Of a DNA stretch of 64,000 bases, positions 9,501 through 19,568 are shown piece by piece. Origin of the DNA: Omnitrophica WOR_2 bacterium GWF2_43_52 (GTDB lineage Bacteria > Omnitrophota > Gorgyraeia > Gygaellales > UBA12090); the NCBI GenBank assembly GCA_001805445.1, contig MHGF01000029.1:4270-68269 (forward strand). The letters run 5' to 3'. The translations under genes and the position numbers were made by a program. The notes under the pieces were generated by a model, which was given only the letters and a program-made list of their open reading frames with translations, made no database searches and was not told the DNA's origin. How positions within the stretch are numbered: position 1 is the stretch's first letter; each line of letters begins with the position of its first letter.

Positions 9501-10265
9501 ATGGCGGACGCGAAATGCCCGGGGCAGAACCCGCAATACTGGAAGCCGGAAGATGCCGTTGAGGTGCAATGCCCTCAGTGTAAAGAGATAGTCGAGTTTT
9601 TTAAGGATGAACCGAAAAGGAAATGTTATAACTGCAAGCATGAGGTAATTAATCCTAAAGTTGATTTTGGCTGTGCGTTGTGGTGCCCCAAGGCAGTGGA
9701 ATGCATTGGCCAGGAACGTTATCAACAGCTTTTAGCTTCCGCGAAACAAGCGCCGGCAACAGATAAATACAGGACTAAAAAGGATCTTTTGGTTTTTGAA
9801 ATGGAGCGATATTTCGGGAAGGATACTAAAAGTATTACCCATGCCAAAAAAGTGCTTAGTTTTGCCGAACAGCTTTTGGAAAAGGAAAAGGCGGAGCCTT
9901 TAGTGGTGATTGCCGCGGCTATTCTTCATGATATAGGGATATGTAAGGCAAAAGAAAAGTACGGCAGCCACGCGGCCGGGTATCAGGAAATTGAAGGCCC
10001 CGCGGTTGCCCGGGAAATGATGGAAAAAATCCAGCTTAAAAAAGAAGTCGTTGATGAAGTCTGCGCGATTATTGCCCATCATCACAGCCCTAAGGAAGCG
10101 GAAACATTAAATTTCAAGGTGCTCTATGACGCGGATTGGCTGGTGAATTTTAAGGATGAGTATGCCAGGTATCATAAGGAAGAGGTATCTGAGGTAATAG
10201 AGAGGGTTTTCTTGACAAAAAGTGGTAAGGAGTTGGCGCGGGAACTTTATATTTTGCCTGAGTAA
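9501..10265 (+). CDS. HD-domain phosphohydrolase with N-terminal Cys4 zinc ribbon
   Basis: Two Cys pairs (CPQC, CYNC) form a zinc ribbon. The HD motif is AAILHDIG and a downstream IAHHH is present. Confidence 0.65.
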   Translation: MADAKCPGQNPQYWKPEDAVEVQCPQCKEIVEFFKDEPKRKCYNCKHEVINPKVDFGCALWCPKAVECIGQERYQQLLASAKQAPATDKYRTKKDLLVFEMERYFGKDTKSITHAKKVLSFAEQLLEKEKAEPLVVIAAAILHDIGICKAKEKYGSHAAGYQEIEGPAVAREMMEKIQLKKEVVDEVCAIIAHHHSPKEAETLNFKVLYDADWLVNFKDEYARYHKEEVSEVIERVFLTKSGKELARELYILPE

Positions 10266-10390
10266 GAGATGAGAAAAAGGCATTCTCTATGCAGAACGAT
10301 AGCCCGTTAGGTTTCAAAGATTTTGTGAGGGACATGTAACCTAACGGGATTTTTGTTTCCAAAAATGATGCCTTCAAAAAGAGCATAGCT

Positions 10391-12334
10391 ATGGATCTTG
10401 AAACAGTTTTTCACGATTTTCTTAACAGTTTTAAAGTCGCGCTGAATAATGCTGCGGTGTATTTTCCTGAGCATCCCGTTTTTAAAAAATCAATAGAAGA
10501 CTGCAAACTGAAAATAGAACTACTGGTAACATTTGTTAATCCTATAAGAATTGCTTTTGCTCCGGTTTCGCTATTTTTTAACGGAAAAGTCTTTGAGAAA
10601 ACGCAACTCTATGAAGACCTGGCAAGGTTTTTCCATTTCCGCAAGATCCAAAGCGTAGAAATTAGAAAAGGGGTATCGTTGGAGGAGTTGATTAATTTTT
10701 TCCTTAATGTTTCGAAGAGTCCCCGCGAAATTTTCAAAAAAGGAGTAATAGAGAGCATTGCTAAAAAAGAGAGCATATCTTCTATTAGGGTAGAAGTGTT
10801 AGATTATTCCCAGTTTCTTTGCACTGATTGGGGAGAAGAGGGTAAGGATGTCTGGGCATACCTGTTTAACACTATTATGTCGGAAGAGGATACCCACAAG
10901 ATTGATCATCTTGCTGATAACTTTGAAGAAGTGGTGGGTAGGTTAAAAAGCAGTGATTTACTCGAGAATGAGGAATTGCACTACAGCATGGTTAAATTCC
11001 TTGAATATCTGCAAAGCAAAGAACACCAAAAGTTCCTTGAATGCTCGAAAGCAGTAATGAACCTTATCTTAAAAGACAGGAATATTTCTCAAGAAGCTAT
11101 GCTTGAGAGGGCGCGCACCTTTTTTAGAGGATTAAATGCGGAACAATTGGCAGATACCTTGTGGCAGGAAATTGTAGGGAATGACAGTTTTAACTCCTTA
11201 AGCTTTGGCCTGTTTTCCACCTTAATTAGGGATAAAAAACAACATGAGCAAATTGCCGTTTCTCTGGCGGATAAATTTAAAAAAGACAAGCGGGTTGTTG
11301 ATAACCCTCGCGTAAGAAAAAAGATTCAAGACTTGTTTTTATCTGCGAATACCTCTGTTCCCGAAGTGTATCGTAGCACGCTTTCGATATTACTTAAGGA
11401 GCTAACTACTTCAAAAGCAGGCCAAGCGCTCTTCAATACTCATTCCGTACATAACAGCTATCGTTTTCTTATCCTTAATTTATTGGCGCAGGAAAGAAAT
11501 CGCAGTAGGCTGGCGCTACTATCGGAAAAACTGTTGGCTGAGTGGTCTTCTGTTACTGCCGATAGTGATATAGAGTTTCTGAAAGTGTTTCTAGTAATAA
11601 TGCAGCAAAAAGCAAACGATGTATCTTTTTTTGATACTCTTGAACCGTTGAAAATGCGTGCCCTAAACTTTATAGAAAACGCTCTATTCGAAGAAGAGAA
11701 TTCTTTAGGTATTGAGCGCATGGCTGATTTTCTGACCAATAGTTCTTTGTCTGCAGATGTCTATTTTAATAAGATATTTAAGGAACATAGAGTACATGCT
11801 TCCATTTTACGCCTGTTTTTCCGTTTTTATTCTAGACGTATGCCTGATTTTTACGCTCTTCTGCAAAAGAAATCTAACGATGGCGTATTTCTCAAGGCTA
11901 TGATGGATAGCTTAAAGGAGGTTAATTCAGCCTTGAGCCTGGAAATACTTAAATACATTTATTCACTTGGCGGTATTTTTGTAAAAAAAGAGATACTTGT
12001 CGCCATGCGCCAGATGACAACCCGAGATGAAAACTTTTTGTTTTCCGTCCTCAAGGAAAATAACGTGCTTCTCAGGAAAGAAGCATTCTTGTTGATACGC
12101 AATGATCCTCAGAGCATGGAAAATGCGTTTGAGCTCTTACTATGCATTTCCAGCCCTTTTGGAGTACATAATAAAATTTTGCAGGAAAATATAGAAATAG
12201 CGGCAGAAGCAAAGGCGGCCAAAGAGGCGCTTAGTTATCTTACACTATTAAGCAGGAAAAGGTTTTTTTGGAACCGAGAGGTTAGGGAAAAGGCGCATGC
12301 TGCCTTAATGAGGTTGAATGCAGAAAAATTTTGA
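10391..12334 (+). CDS. Large alpha-helical hypothetical protein whose first ~130 aa are homologous to the N-terminus of the downstream HD-GYP protein
   Basis: 647 aa. Its stop overlaps the next gene's start (ATGCAGAAAAATTTTGA), indicating translational coupling. The shared N-terminal pattern includes YFPEHP.../YPREHP... and (I/V)R(K/R)GV..EEL..F. Confidence 0.5.
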   Translation: MDLETVFHDFLNSFKVALNNAAVYFPEHPVFKKSIEDCKLKIELLVTFVNPIRIAFAPVSLFFNGKVFEKTQLYEDLARFFHFRKIQSVEIRKGVSLEELINFFLNVSKSPREIFKKGVIESIAKKESISSIRVEVLDYSQFLCTDWGEEGKDVWAYLFNTIMSEEDTHKIDHLADNFEEVVGRLKSSDLLENEELHYSMVKFLEYLQSKEHQKFLECSKAVMNLILKDRNISQEAMLERARTFFRGLNAEQLADTLWQEIVGNDSFNSLSFGLFSTLIRDKKQHEQIAVSLADKFKKDKRVVDNPRVRKKIQDLFLSANTSVPEVYRSTLSILLKELTTSKAGQALFNTHSVHNSYRFLILNLLAQERNRSRLALLSEKLLAEWSSVTADSDIEFLKVFLVIMQQKANDVSFFDTLEPLKMRALNFIENALFEEENSLGIERMADFLTNSSLSADVYFNKIFKEHRVHASILRLFFRFYSRRMPDFYALLQKKSNDGVFLKAMMDSLKEVNSALSLEILKYIYSLGGIFVKKEILVAMRQMTTRDENFLFSVLKENNVLLRKEAFLLIRNDPQSMENAFELLLCISSPFGVHNKILQENIEIAAEAKAAKEALSYLTLLSRKRFFWNREVREKAHAALMRLNAEKF

Positions 12335-13646
12335 GACATCTTTAAGAGATTTAATCAATTCGTTACAGTTAGCAAAAATCTACCCAAGAGAACATCCTCA
12401 ATGTAGGAATGCTCTGGATAAGGCGTATGAAAGTTTGCAACATCTCCTCCAAGGCAAGGAAGAGATTGTGGTGGGGATTGTCGGTGATGAATTAGCTTTT
12501 GAGAAGGAAATTTTTCTTGATTTAAGCAGGGCTGTTAAACCGCTCATCCAGTTTCTTAAGGAAAGAGGAGTGGAAAGGATTGTATTCAGACGGGGAGTGC
12601 GAAGAGAAGAGCTTCTCGAATTTATTGTTTTCTTGATTACTCCAAAAGAAGATATTGGAAATAATGCACAACACTACTTATTACTTAAGGGTGTTGAAAA
12701 TATATTTGTTAGTAAAATAAGGCTATCATCTTCGTCTTCTGAAGAGGTGAGGAAATCAGTGCGTTATTTAAACTTATATCACGGCTCCCTTGATGCTATA
12801 TCGAAATCTATGAATGCAGTTTTAAATAGTCAGGCACTCGATTATATAGATCTAAAGTATGCCTTTACTAATATTACGGAGAAGTTATTCGGTGATTATA
12901 AAGATTTTCTCAAATTAACGACGTTAAAAAAGCACGATGTGAGTACATTTGTGCATATGCTTGATGTGGCGATTTTAGCCATGTATCTTTCTTATAGGAT
13001 GAACTTCAGGAAAGAAGAGATTTATAGTATTGGTATTGCCGCGCTTTTTCATGATATCGGGAAGATCTATATTTCGCGTAAAGTAATTGATAAACCTGAT
13101 AAATTGACAGATGAAGAGTTTGCCATGATGAAAAGTCATACTGTCTTGGGAGCGGAAATCCTTTTGAAATATACTGATAGCCTTGGCATCTTATCGCCGA
13201 CGGTTGCCTTCGAACATCATTTGCGATACGATGTTAAAGGTTATCCGAAATTAAGTTTTCCGCATATGCCGCATCAGGCCTCTCTTATTGTTTCAGTGTG
13301 CGATGTTTATGATGCGCTTAATCAGCGCAGGAGCTATAAAAACAGTTATTCTCCCGATATGATTTATAATTTAATGCTTAAAGAAAAGGGTGGATTATTT
13401 GACCCTGAAATCCTGGAAAGATTTTTTAAGGTGATTGGTGTTTGGCCGATAGGGGCAGTAGTAGCTTTAAGTGACCAGAGGGTAGCTGTGGTAGAAGAAG
13501 TAAATGAGGATGATATTTTTTCCCCTCGCGTTAAAATTCTTTCTCCCGATAGTAAGGAAGAGCGGATAGATTTAAGAGAAAGAAAGCCGGAAATCAAGGT
13601 AGAGCATATTGTGGAGGGGTTTGACTACAAGAAAAATTTCTCTTGA
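12318..13646 (+). CDS. HD-GYP domain protein (putative c-di-GMP phosphodiesterase) with novel N-terminal domain
   Basis: HD motif ALFHDIGK. HD-GYP signature HHLRYDVKGYPK. Confidence 0.75.
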   Translation: MQKNFETSLRDLINSLQLAKIYPREHPQCRNALDKAYESLQHLLQGKEEIVVGIVGDELAFEKEIFLDLSRAVKPLIQFLKERGVERIVFRRGVRREELLEFIVFLITPKEDIGNNAQHYLLLKGVENIFVSKIRLSSSSSEEVRKSVRYLNLYHGSLDAISKSMNAVLNSQALDYIDLKYAFTNITEKLFGDYKDFLKLTTLKKHDVSTFVHMLDVAILAMYLSYRMNFRKEEIYSIGIAALFHDIGKIYISRKVIDKPDKLTDEEFAMMKSHTVLGAEILLKYTDSLGILSPTVAFEHHLRYDVKGYPKLSFPHMPHQASLIVSVCDVYDALNQRRSYKNSYSPDMIYNLMLKEKGGLFDPEILERFFKVIGVWPIGAVVALSDQRVAVVEEVNEDDIFSPRVKILSPDSKEERIDLRERKPEIKVEHIVEGFDYKKNFS

Positions 13647-13705
13647 CAGAATTATTGTTTGTGGTATAGTTTAGGTATTGTACAAAGCTGTAAAGCGCAT
13701 AGAGG

Positions 13706-13740
13706 CGTCCAGAACAAAAGTCTGGACGTTTTTTTTGCAG
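13706..13740 (+). terminator. Rho-independent terminator after the HD-GYP gene
   Basis: ggcgtccagaacaaaagtctggacg followed by tttttttt. Confidence 0.6.
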
Positions 13741-13901
13741 CTATATAAAGGCTCGCTTAAGAACGTAAAGAAAACCATGAAGAAGTAGCTGTAGGTTTTA
13801 AAAGCAGCTTTTATAATGTTTCATTAGTGTTTTGGTGATCTCGGGATAACGATGTCCTGAATATAGCAAGGCTAAAGAAGCTATGTTTGGGACATTTTTT
13901 T

Positions 13902-14480
13902 ATGAAAGAGGCAGCGGGAGAATTTTCATATACTGTGAGAGAGCAAAGTTTTGATACCATAGTCAATGCACTTATGCCGAGCATAAAAAAAATCTGCACA
14001 AAGAATAGATTTTTGGGATGTATTGATAGGGATGATCTCATTCAGGAAGCGCTTATAAGCCTATGGAAACGGTTTGCGTGCGGCCAATTGCGTGATAAAA
14101 CAATAAGCTATGTCCTCAAAGGGTGTTATTTTCATATACAGAATTATATCCGGACACATAAAGTGCGTTGCGATATAAAAAGCCTTGATGAACCTATAGC
14201 CAGAGAAGGGCCTGATATTATTTATCTTAAGGATATCATTCCCGACACAGTGGAGAGTCCTTTACAGAGGCTCAATTGTAAGCTTATTGTTGATGACTTG
14301 ATGCATAACGGATTAAGGAGCCGCGAGAAAGAGGTAGTGAGTTTGCTTTACAAAGGCCTCACGCTCAGGGAGGCGGCGGAAGCGTTAGGTATATCTCATG
14401 TGCGTGTTTTCAAAATAAAACAGGCCATATGCTCAAGGTATAAAGATAAGTTTTTTGATACTAGCAGCGCTGCCAGGTAA
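13902..14480 (+). CDS. Sigma-70-family RNA polymerase sigma factor (regions 2 and 4 only)
   Basis: Region 2.2-like DDLIQEALISLWKRF. C-terminal region 4 HTH LREAAEALGISHVRVFKIKQ. The start could alternatively be the TTG at 13887. Confidence 0.55.
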   Translation: MKEAAGEFSYTVREQSFDTIVNALMPSIKKICTKNRFLGCIDRDDLIQEALISLWKRFACGQLRDKTISYVLKGCYFHIQNYIRTHKVRCDIKSLDEPIAREGPDIIYLKDIIPDTVESPLQRLNCKLIVDDLMHNGLRSREKEVVSLLYKGLTLREAAEALGISHVRVFKIKQAICSRYKDKFFDTSSAAR

Positions 14481-14640
14481 GTCATATTCCTTAGCTGTGG
14501 TGTACACAGGCGAAAACAATGCTGTTACGCTGATAAAAAATAGTAAAGGGTAAAAGCACCGGGAAAGAAGGGTTAAGACAAAGGGCGTCTTACAAAGAAG
14601 GCGCCTCTTTTATTTTTTAAATAAATGAATGGGTGAGAAA

Positions 14641-14961
14641 ATGAAAAAAATTGAGTGTATTGTCCGTGAGGAAAAACTGAAGGAGCTTACGCAAGCACTG
14701 CGCGAGGTAGGTATAGGCGGCATGACCGTAAGTGAAGTGCGGGGTTTTGGCGTGCAGACCCTGCGCCCTGAAAGTTTTCTTTTTGTGCATAAGGTAAAAA
14801 TAGAGATTTACGCCGCGGATTCACAGGTAAATGAAATTGTGGATACGGTTGTCTCCCATTGCGCTTCCGGGAAATTGGGCGATGGTAAGATCGCGGTGTT
14901 ACCGATGGAAGACTGTATCCGCGTGCGTACAGGAGCGCGTAAGCAAACGGCGCTATTTTAG
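14641..14961 (+). CDS. glnB: Nitrogen regulatory protein P-II
   Basis: MKKIECIVREEKL...GGMTVSEVRGFG is a canonical P-II fold. Adjacent to amtB. Confidence 0.85.
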   Translation: MKKIECIVREEKLKELTQALREVGIGGMTVSEVRGFGVQTLRPESFLFVHKVKIEIYAADSQVNEIVDTVVSHCASGKLGDGKIAVLPMEDCIRVRTGARKQTALF

Positions 14962-15004
14962 TTTTAAGGCTAACAAAGATTCACAAAAAAAAGGAGGAAG
15001 AAAG

Positions 15005-16234
15005 ATGATAAACTCAGGAGATACCGCATTTGTCTTGATGTCGGCGGCATTAGTATTGCTCATGACGCCGGCATTGGCATTTTTTTATGGAGGCATGGTA
15101 AAACGTAAAAACGTATTGGGTATTTTGATGCAGTGTTTTATTCTGATGTGCGTGATAAGCCTGCAGTGGGTACTCTACGGCTATAGCCTTTCTTTTGCCC
15201 CCGGAGAAGGTTTTTGGGGTGGGTTTAGCTGGGCAGGGCTTACTAATGTAGGTTTAGAGCCTTACGCGGATTACGCGGGGACGATTCCTCATCAGGCATT
15301 TATGATTTTTCAGGCAATGTTCGCGATTATTACCCCGGCTTTAATCCTGGGCGCGTTTGCCGAAAGGATGAAGTTTTCTTCCTTTTTAGTTATCATGATT
15401 CTTTGGGCGACATTTGTCTATGATCCGGTCTGCCATTGGGTTTGGGGGCTTGGCGGCTTTATCAGGAAATTAGGCGCTTTGGATTTTGCCGGCGGGACTG
15501 TAGTGCATATCAATGCCGGTATCGCGGCGTTAGTAACGGCGCTTGCTATAGGAAAGAGAAAGAATTTTAATCATAGCCCTACCCCTCCGCATAATGTCCC
15601 TTTTATAGTCTTAGGCGCGGGGTTATTATGGTTTGGCTGGTTTGGGTTTAATTCAGGAAGCGCTTTGGCGGCAAATGGCATAGCGGTGAATGCCTTTGTG
15701 GTTACCAATACCGCGGCAGCCGCGGCAGGCTTAAGTTGGGCGCTTTTGGATTGGATGTTTAACGGCAAGCCCACTATTTTTGGATGTGTCACGGGTGTGG
15801 TTGCCGGGTTGGTCGCGATTACCCCCGCGGCAGGCTTTGTGAATGTTATTTCGGCAATAATTATAGGAGTGGTAGTGAGCATAATATGTTTTATTTCGGT
15901 TACCGTGCTTAAGCCGAAACTTGGCTATGATGATTCTCTCGACGCCTTTGGGGTGCATGGTGTTGGCGGTATTTGGGGGGCGCTGGCAACAGGCTTGTTT
16001 GCTTCCAAAAGTGTTAATCCCGCGGGCGCGGACGGATTATTTTATGGTAACCCGCAGCTTTTTATTATCCAATTAAAAGCAGTCGGAATAACCGTCCTCT
16101 ATTCTTTGATTGTTACTTTTGCTATTTACAAGATTGTGGATATGGTAATGGGGGTGAGGGCGTCAGAGAAGGATGAAGTTGTTGGGCTTGACCTTACTCA
16201 GCACCATGAGGCCGCATATACACTTTTGGAATAG
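15005..16234 (+). CDS. amtB: Ammonium transporter Amt
   Basis: ~409 aa with 11 TM segments and Amt signatures (DFAGGTVVHINAG, GAGLLWFGWFGFN). RBS AGGAGG lies 8 nt upstream. The tracked ORF starting at 14831 is an in-frame upstream extension. Confidence 0.9.
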   Translation: MINSGDTAFVLMSAALVLLMTPALAFFYGGMVKRKNVLGILMQCFILMCVISLQWVLYGYSLSFAPGEGFWGGFSWAGLTNVGLEPYADYAGTIPHQAFMIFQAMFAIITPALILGAFAERMKFSSFLVIMILWATFVYDPVCHWVWGLGGFIRKLGALDFAGGTVVHINAGIAALVTALAIGKRKNFNHSPTPPHNVPFIVLGAGLLWFGWFGFNSGSALAANGIAVNAFVVTNTAAAAAGLSWALLDWMFNGKPTIFGCVTGVVAGLVAITPAAGFVNVISAIIIGVVVSIICFISVTVLKPKLGYDDSLDAFGVHGVGGIWGALATGLFASKSVNPAGADGLFYGNPQLFIIQLKAVGITVLYSLIVTFAIYKIVDMVMGVRASEKDEVVGLDLTQHHEAAYTLLE

Positions 16235-16296
16235 AGATTTCTTTAAAAATGAGGAGCAGCGCTGAACATGTTACATAGGAAGATGATAATTGTTGC

Positions 16297-16350
16297 GTGT
16301 ACCGCTCACCGTAACGGTAAACTGTTGGCGGTAAACGGTAAACGAAACAG
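16297..16350. repeat. Palindromic array with GTACCG/CGGTA core upstream of glnK
   Basis: gtgtaccg ctcaccg taacggta aactgttggcggta aacggta aacgaaac. Confidence 0.45.
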
Positions 16351-16373
16351 TATCTTTAAACAGAGGAGGTTAT

Positions 16374-16715
16374 ATGAAACTTATTATCGCGATTATTCAG
16401 CCGCATAAGTTAGAGGATGTCAAGGCTGAACTCTATAATACAGAAGTAAACCTTATTACCGTAAGTGAAGTTTTAGGCCATGGCCGGCAGAAGGGGGTCA
16501 CTGAGGTGTATCGCGCGGCAAGGGAAAAAGGAAACCTTTTACGAAAGGTTAAACTGGAAATTGCCGTTAACGATAATTTTGTCGAGCCAACCATAAAGGC
16601 GATTACTAAGGGCGCGCGGACAGGTGAGATAGGCGATGGTAAAATCTTTGTGTTAGATTTAAAAGATTGTGTCCGTATCCGCACCGAAGAACGCGGGCCT
16701 ATGGCTATAGGATAA
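16374..16715 (+). CDS. glnK: P-II family protein (GlnK-type)
   Basis: 113 aa P-II fold, directly downstream of amt. Confidence 0.85.
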   Translation: MKLIIAIIQPHKLEDVKAELYNTEVNLITVSEVLGHGRQKGVTEVYRAAREKGNLLRKVKLEIAVNDNFVEPTIKAITKGARTGEIGDGKIFVLDLKDCVRIRTEERGPMAIG

Positions 16716-17142
16716 AAGAGATGATGGAAGCCGCATGGCCTCTTGGGTGCGCGAGGGGAGGCCTGCGGTCAAGAAAATATGGGTTACCAAAGTAACCATA
16801 AAATTACTTATCATAATAATAAGGTTATGGTATACTCTTTTCTTGGCGGAAAGTGTAAAAAGGGCAAATCGGTTTGACCGTTAGCCCCTAGAGAGACAAA
16901 AAAATTACAGTAGTGCACTGTGAAATTAGTTCTCAATAGTTGACAGTGCACTAAGGGGGTGTGGGGAAGACCGTTACCCACGATTGGGGGGTGTTCAGCG
17001 TAGCCGACGATGAGTCGGCGGAGCGCCGAAGGGGGGCTTGCTCCCATAGCGGAAGTGCGGAGTTAACTTTCGCTATACTACCAATAATTAAGTTAACAGA
17101 GCACTAGTGCGGTAATATGTTAAAAGTGCCTGCCCACGGCTT

Positions 17143-17300
17143 CGCCGTGAGGCGAGCCGCAAGCAGGGATATCGGATGATCAGGGGATTGGGAGAAAAAG
17201 GTAATATTTTGTTCCCAATATCCTGATGCCCTGATTACCAAATCCTGATACCCTGATTGCCTGATTTCCGTATTTCACATCTATTATAACACATAGTATA
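17143..17300. repeat. Palindromic array of ATCAGGG/ATCGG units followed by CCTGAT units, upstream of glnN
   Basis: cagggatatcggatgatcaggggattggg ... cccaatatcctgat gccctgat taccaaat cctgat accctgat tgcctgat ttcc. It shares its 5' flank AGTGCGGTAATATGTT and 3' flank ACACATAGTATACGAG with the lrp-upstream element. Confidence 0.65.
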
Positions 17301-17316
17301 CGAGTGGAGGAGGATC

Positions 17317-19509
17317 ATGAGTATTCGAGAAGAAGTTTTATTCAAAATTAAGAGTGTTGATTTGGAGAAGAAAGAGCAGCCTGAAAGTGTATCGAGCTAT
17401 TATGGTGAGAATACTTTTAGTGTCTCAACAATGAAAGAGCATATTTCCGAAAGCACATTTAACGCCTTTAAGCGTTGGATGTCCGAAGGAATAACTATTT
17501 CCATGGACCAGGCTAATGAGATTGCCGAGTGCATGAAAAAATGGGCTATGTCTAAGGGAGCGACGTACTATACCCATTGGTTTCAGCCGATGACGGGGTT
17601 AACCGCGGAAAAACACGATAGTTTTATTTCCATAATCGCGCCCGGAAGAGTTATCGAGAAATTTTCAGGGAATAAGCTTATTCAGGGTGAGCCTGATGCC
17701 AGCTCTTTTCCTTCCGGCGGCATACGCGCGACTTTTGAGGCCAGGGGTTATACCGCCTGGGACCCTTCAAGCCCCGCGTTTATCATTGAAAGCACATTGG
17801 GCAAAACGTTGTGCATCCCGAGCATTTTTATTTCCTATCACGGAGAGGCATTAGATAAGAAGCTTCCGCTGTTGCGTTCTGATGAGGCTTTAAATAAAGC
17901 CGCCATAGGCCTGTTACAGCTTTTTGGCCATAAAGATGTTAAAAAAGTAGTTTCTACCTGCGGGCCGGAACAGGAGTATTTTTTAATAGACAAGCATTAT
18001 TATAATTTGAGGCAGGACTTGGTATTGACCGGGCGCACCTTGGTAGGGGCGGGTTCCCCTAAGGGCCAGCAGTTAGAAGACCAGTATTTTGGGACCATTA
18101 AAGAGCGGGTGATTAATTTTATGTTTGAGGTGGCTGAGGAAGCCTATAAGTTAGGCATTCCGGTTATTACCCGGCATAATGAAGTCGCGCCGCATCAATA
18201 TGAGTTCGCGCCTATGTTTGAAGAATCAAATCTTGCCGCTGACCATAATCAGCTCTTGATGGAGTTAATGAAGAAGGTCGCGCTTCGCCATAACATGGTG
18301 TGCTTGTTGCACGAAAAGCCGTTTGCCGGCATAAACGGAAGCGGTAAGCACCTTAATTGGTCCTTGGCGGATGATAAAGGCAACAATCTTTTAAATCCCG
18401 GAGAAACCCCTGAGGATAATCTGCAGTTTCTGGCGGTATTAGCCGCGGTGCTTCGGGCAGTCTACAAGCACTCTGACCTTTTACGCGCGAGTGTGGCAAT
18501 GGCAGGAAATGAGCACCGCTTGGGAGCTAACGAGGCCCCGCCTGCGATTATCAGTGTCTTCCTGGGAAGCCAGTTAACCTCTATCCTGGACATGCTTGAA
18601 AAAGGAGCTAAGAATAAGGTTTCTAAACGCGACATAATTGACTTAGGCATTGCCCGCCTGCCCAAGTTTAATAAAGACACCACCGACCGTAACCGTACTT
18701 CGCCATTTGCCTTTACCGGTAATAAGTTTGAATTCAGGGCGGTAGGCTCTTCTCAGAATATTTCAACGCCTATTACGGTAATTAATACTATTATCGCCGA
18801 GAGCCTGGATTACGTAGCCGATAAAATACGCAAGGCTTCAAGCGGTAAAGATTTTAACACCGCAGTGTTACGGGTGGTTGCTGAGCTTACCAAAGAAACC
18901 AAAGATATCCGTTTTGAAGGCAATAATTATTCCGAAGAGTGGCTGAAAGAGGCCAAGAAACGAGGCCTTCCCAATGTCGCTTCTACCGCGGAGTCATTAA
19001 AGGCGTTGGAGAAGAAGGATAATATCGCCCTGTTTGAGAAATATAAGGTTTTCTCAAAGGAGGAACTTATAGCGCGCTACAAGATTTGGATGGATATGTA
19101 TAATATAACCATAGGAATTGAGGCGAATACCCTGAACGAAATGGTCAATTCCTGTATTGTGCCCGCGGGCTGCGAATACGAGCAATTATTGGCGGATAAT
19201 CTTTTAAAGCTTACACAGCTTAAGAAAGAGGTTAAGTTGGAGTTAGATGCCGCGGTGTTAAATGACCAGAAAGCTCATTTGAGTGAAGTGGCGCAAAAGA
19301 TTTATTACGTCAGGCGCAACTCCAAGGAGCTGGAGAAGCTTTTGGAAAAAGCCGCCGGCCTGCACCACGAAGAGCGCGCGGAGCTTTATTTTGAAGAGCT
19401 CAAGCCGCTTATGGAACATATCAGAAAACATGTTGATGCCTTGGAGCGGGTTGTTTCCGATGAACATTGGGATTTGCCCAAGTATCGCGAGATGCTGTTT
19501 GTAAAATAG
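17317..19509 (+). CDS. glnN: Glutamine synthetase type III
   Basis: 730 aa, GSIII-sized, with GS catalytic-domain similarity. Confidence 0.85.
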   Translation: MSIREEVLFKIKSVDLEKKEQPESVSSYYGENTFSVSTMKEHISESTFNAFKRWMSEGITISMDQANEIAECMKKWAMSKGATYYTHWFQPMTGLTAEKHDSFISIIAPGRVIEKFSGNKLIQGEPDASSFPSGGIRATFEARGYTAWDPSSPAFIIESTLGKTLCIPSIFISYHGEALDKKLPLLRSDEALNKAAIGLLQLFGHKDVKKVVSTCGPEQEYFLIDKHYYNLRQDLVLTGRTLVGAGSPKGQQLEDQYFGTIKERVINFMFEVAEEAYKLGIPVITRHNEVAPHQYEFAPMFEESNLAADHNQLLMELMKKVALRHNMVCLLHEKPFAGINGSGKHLNWSLADDKGNNLLNPGETPEDNLQFLAVLAAVLRAVYKHSDLLRASVAMAGNEHRLGANEAPPAIISVFLGSQLTSILDMLEKGAKNKVSKRDIIDLGIARLPKFNKDTTDRNRTSPFAFTGNKFEFRAVGSSQNISTPITVINTIIAESLDYVADKIRKASSGKDFNTAVLRVVAELTKETKDIRFEGNNYSEEWLKEAKKRGLPNVASTAESLKALEKKDNIALFEKYKVFSKEELIARYKIWMDMYNITIGIEANTLNEMVNSCIVPAGCEYEQLLADNLLKLTQLKKEVKLELDAAVLNDQKAHLSEVAQKIYYVRRNSKELEKLLEKAAGLHHEERAELYFEELKPLMEHIRKHVDALERVVSDEHWDLPKYREMLFVK

Positions 19510-19531
19510 CAGCCGCAGTGAAGGAAAAAAA

Positions 19532-19568
19532 GGGGAAACAGGAATAATGTTTCCCCTTTTTTTTCTTG
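19532..19568. terminator. Bidirectional rho-independent terminator after glnN
   Basis: aaaaaaa-ggggaaac-aggaataat-gtttcccc-tttttttt. Confidence 0.7.

Noticed and set aside
14831-15004. In-frame upstream extension of amtB (MKLWIRLSPIALPG...) overlapping glnB
   Set aside because: The extension runs through the glnB coding sequence. The Amt homology and a strong RBS begin at 15005.
16716-17316. Sigma-54 (-24 GG / -12 GC) promoter upstream of glnN or glnK
   Set aside because: I looked for TGGCAC-N5-TTGCA-like boxes. TGGCGGTAAACGGTAAA near 16333 lacks the -12 GC element and no convincing match exists, so no sigma-54 promoter is called.
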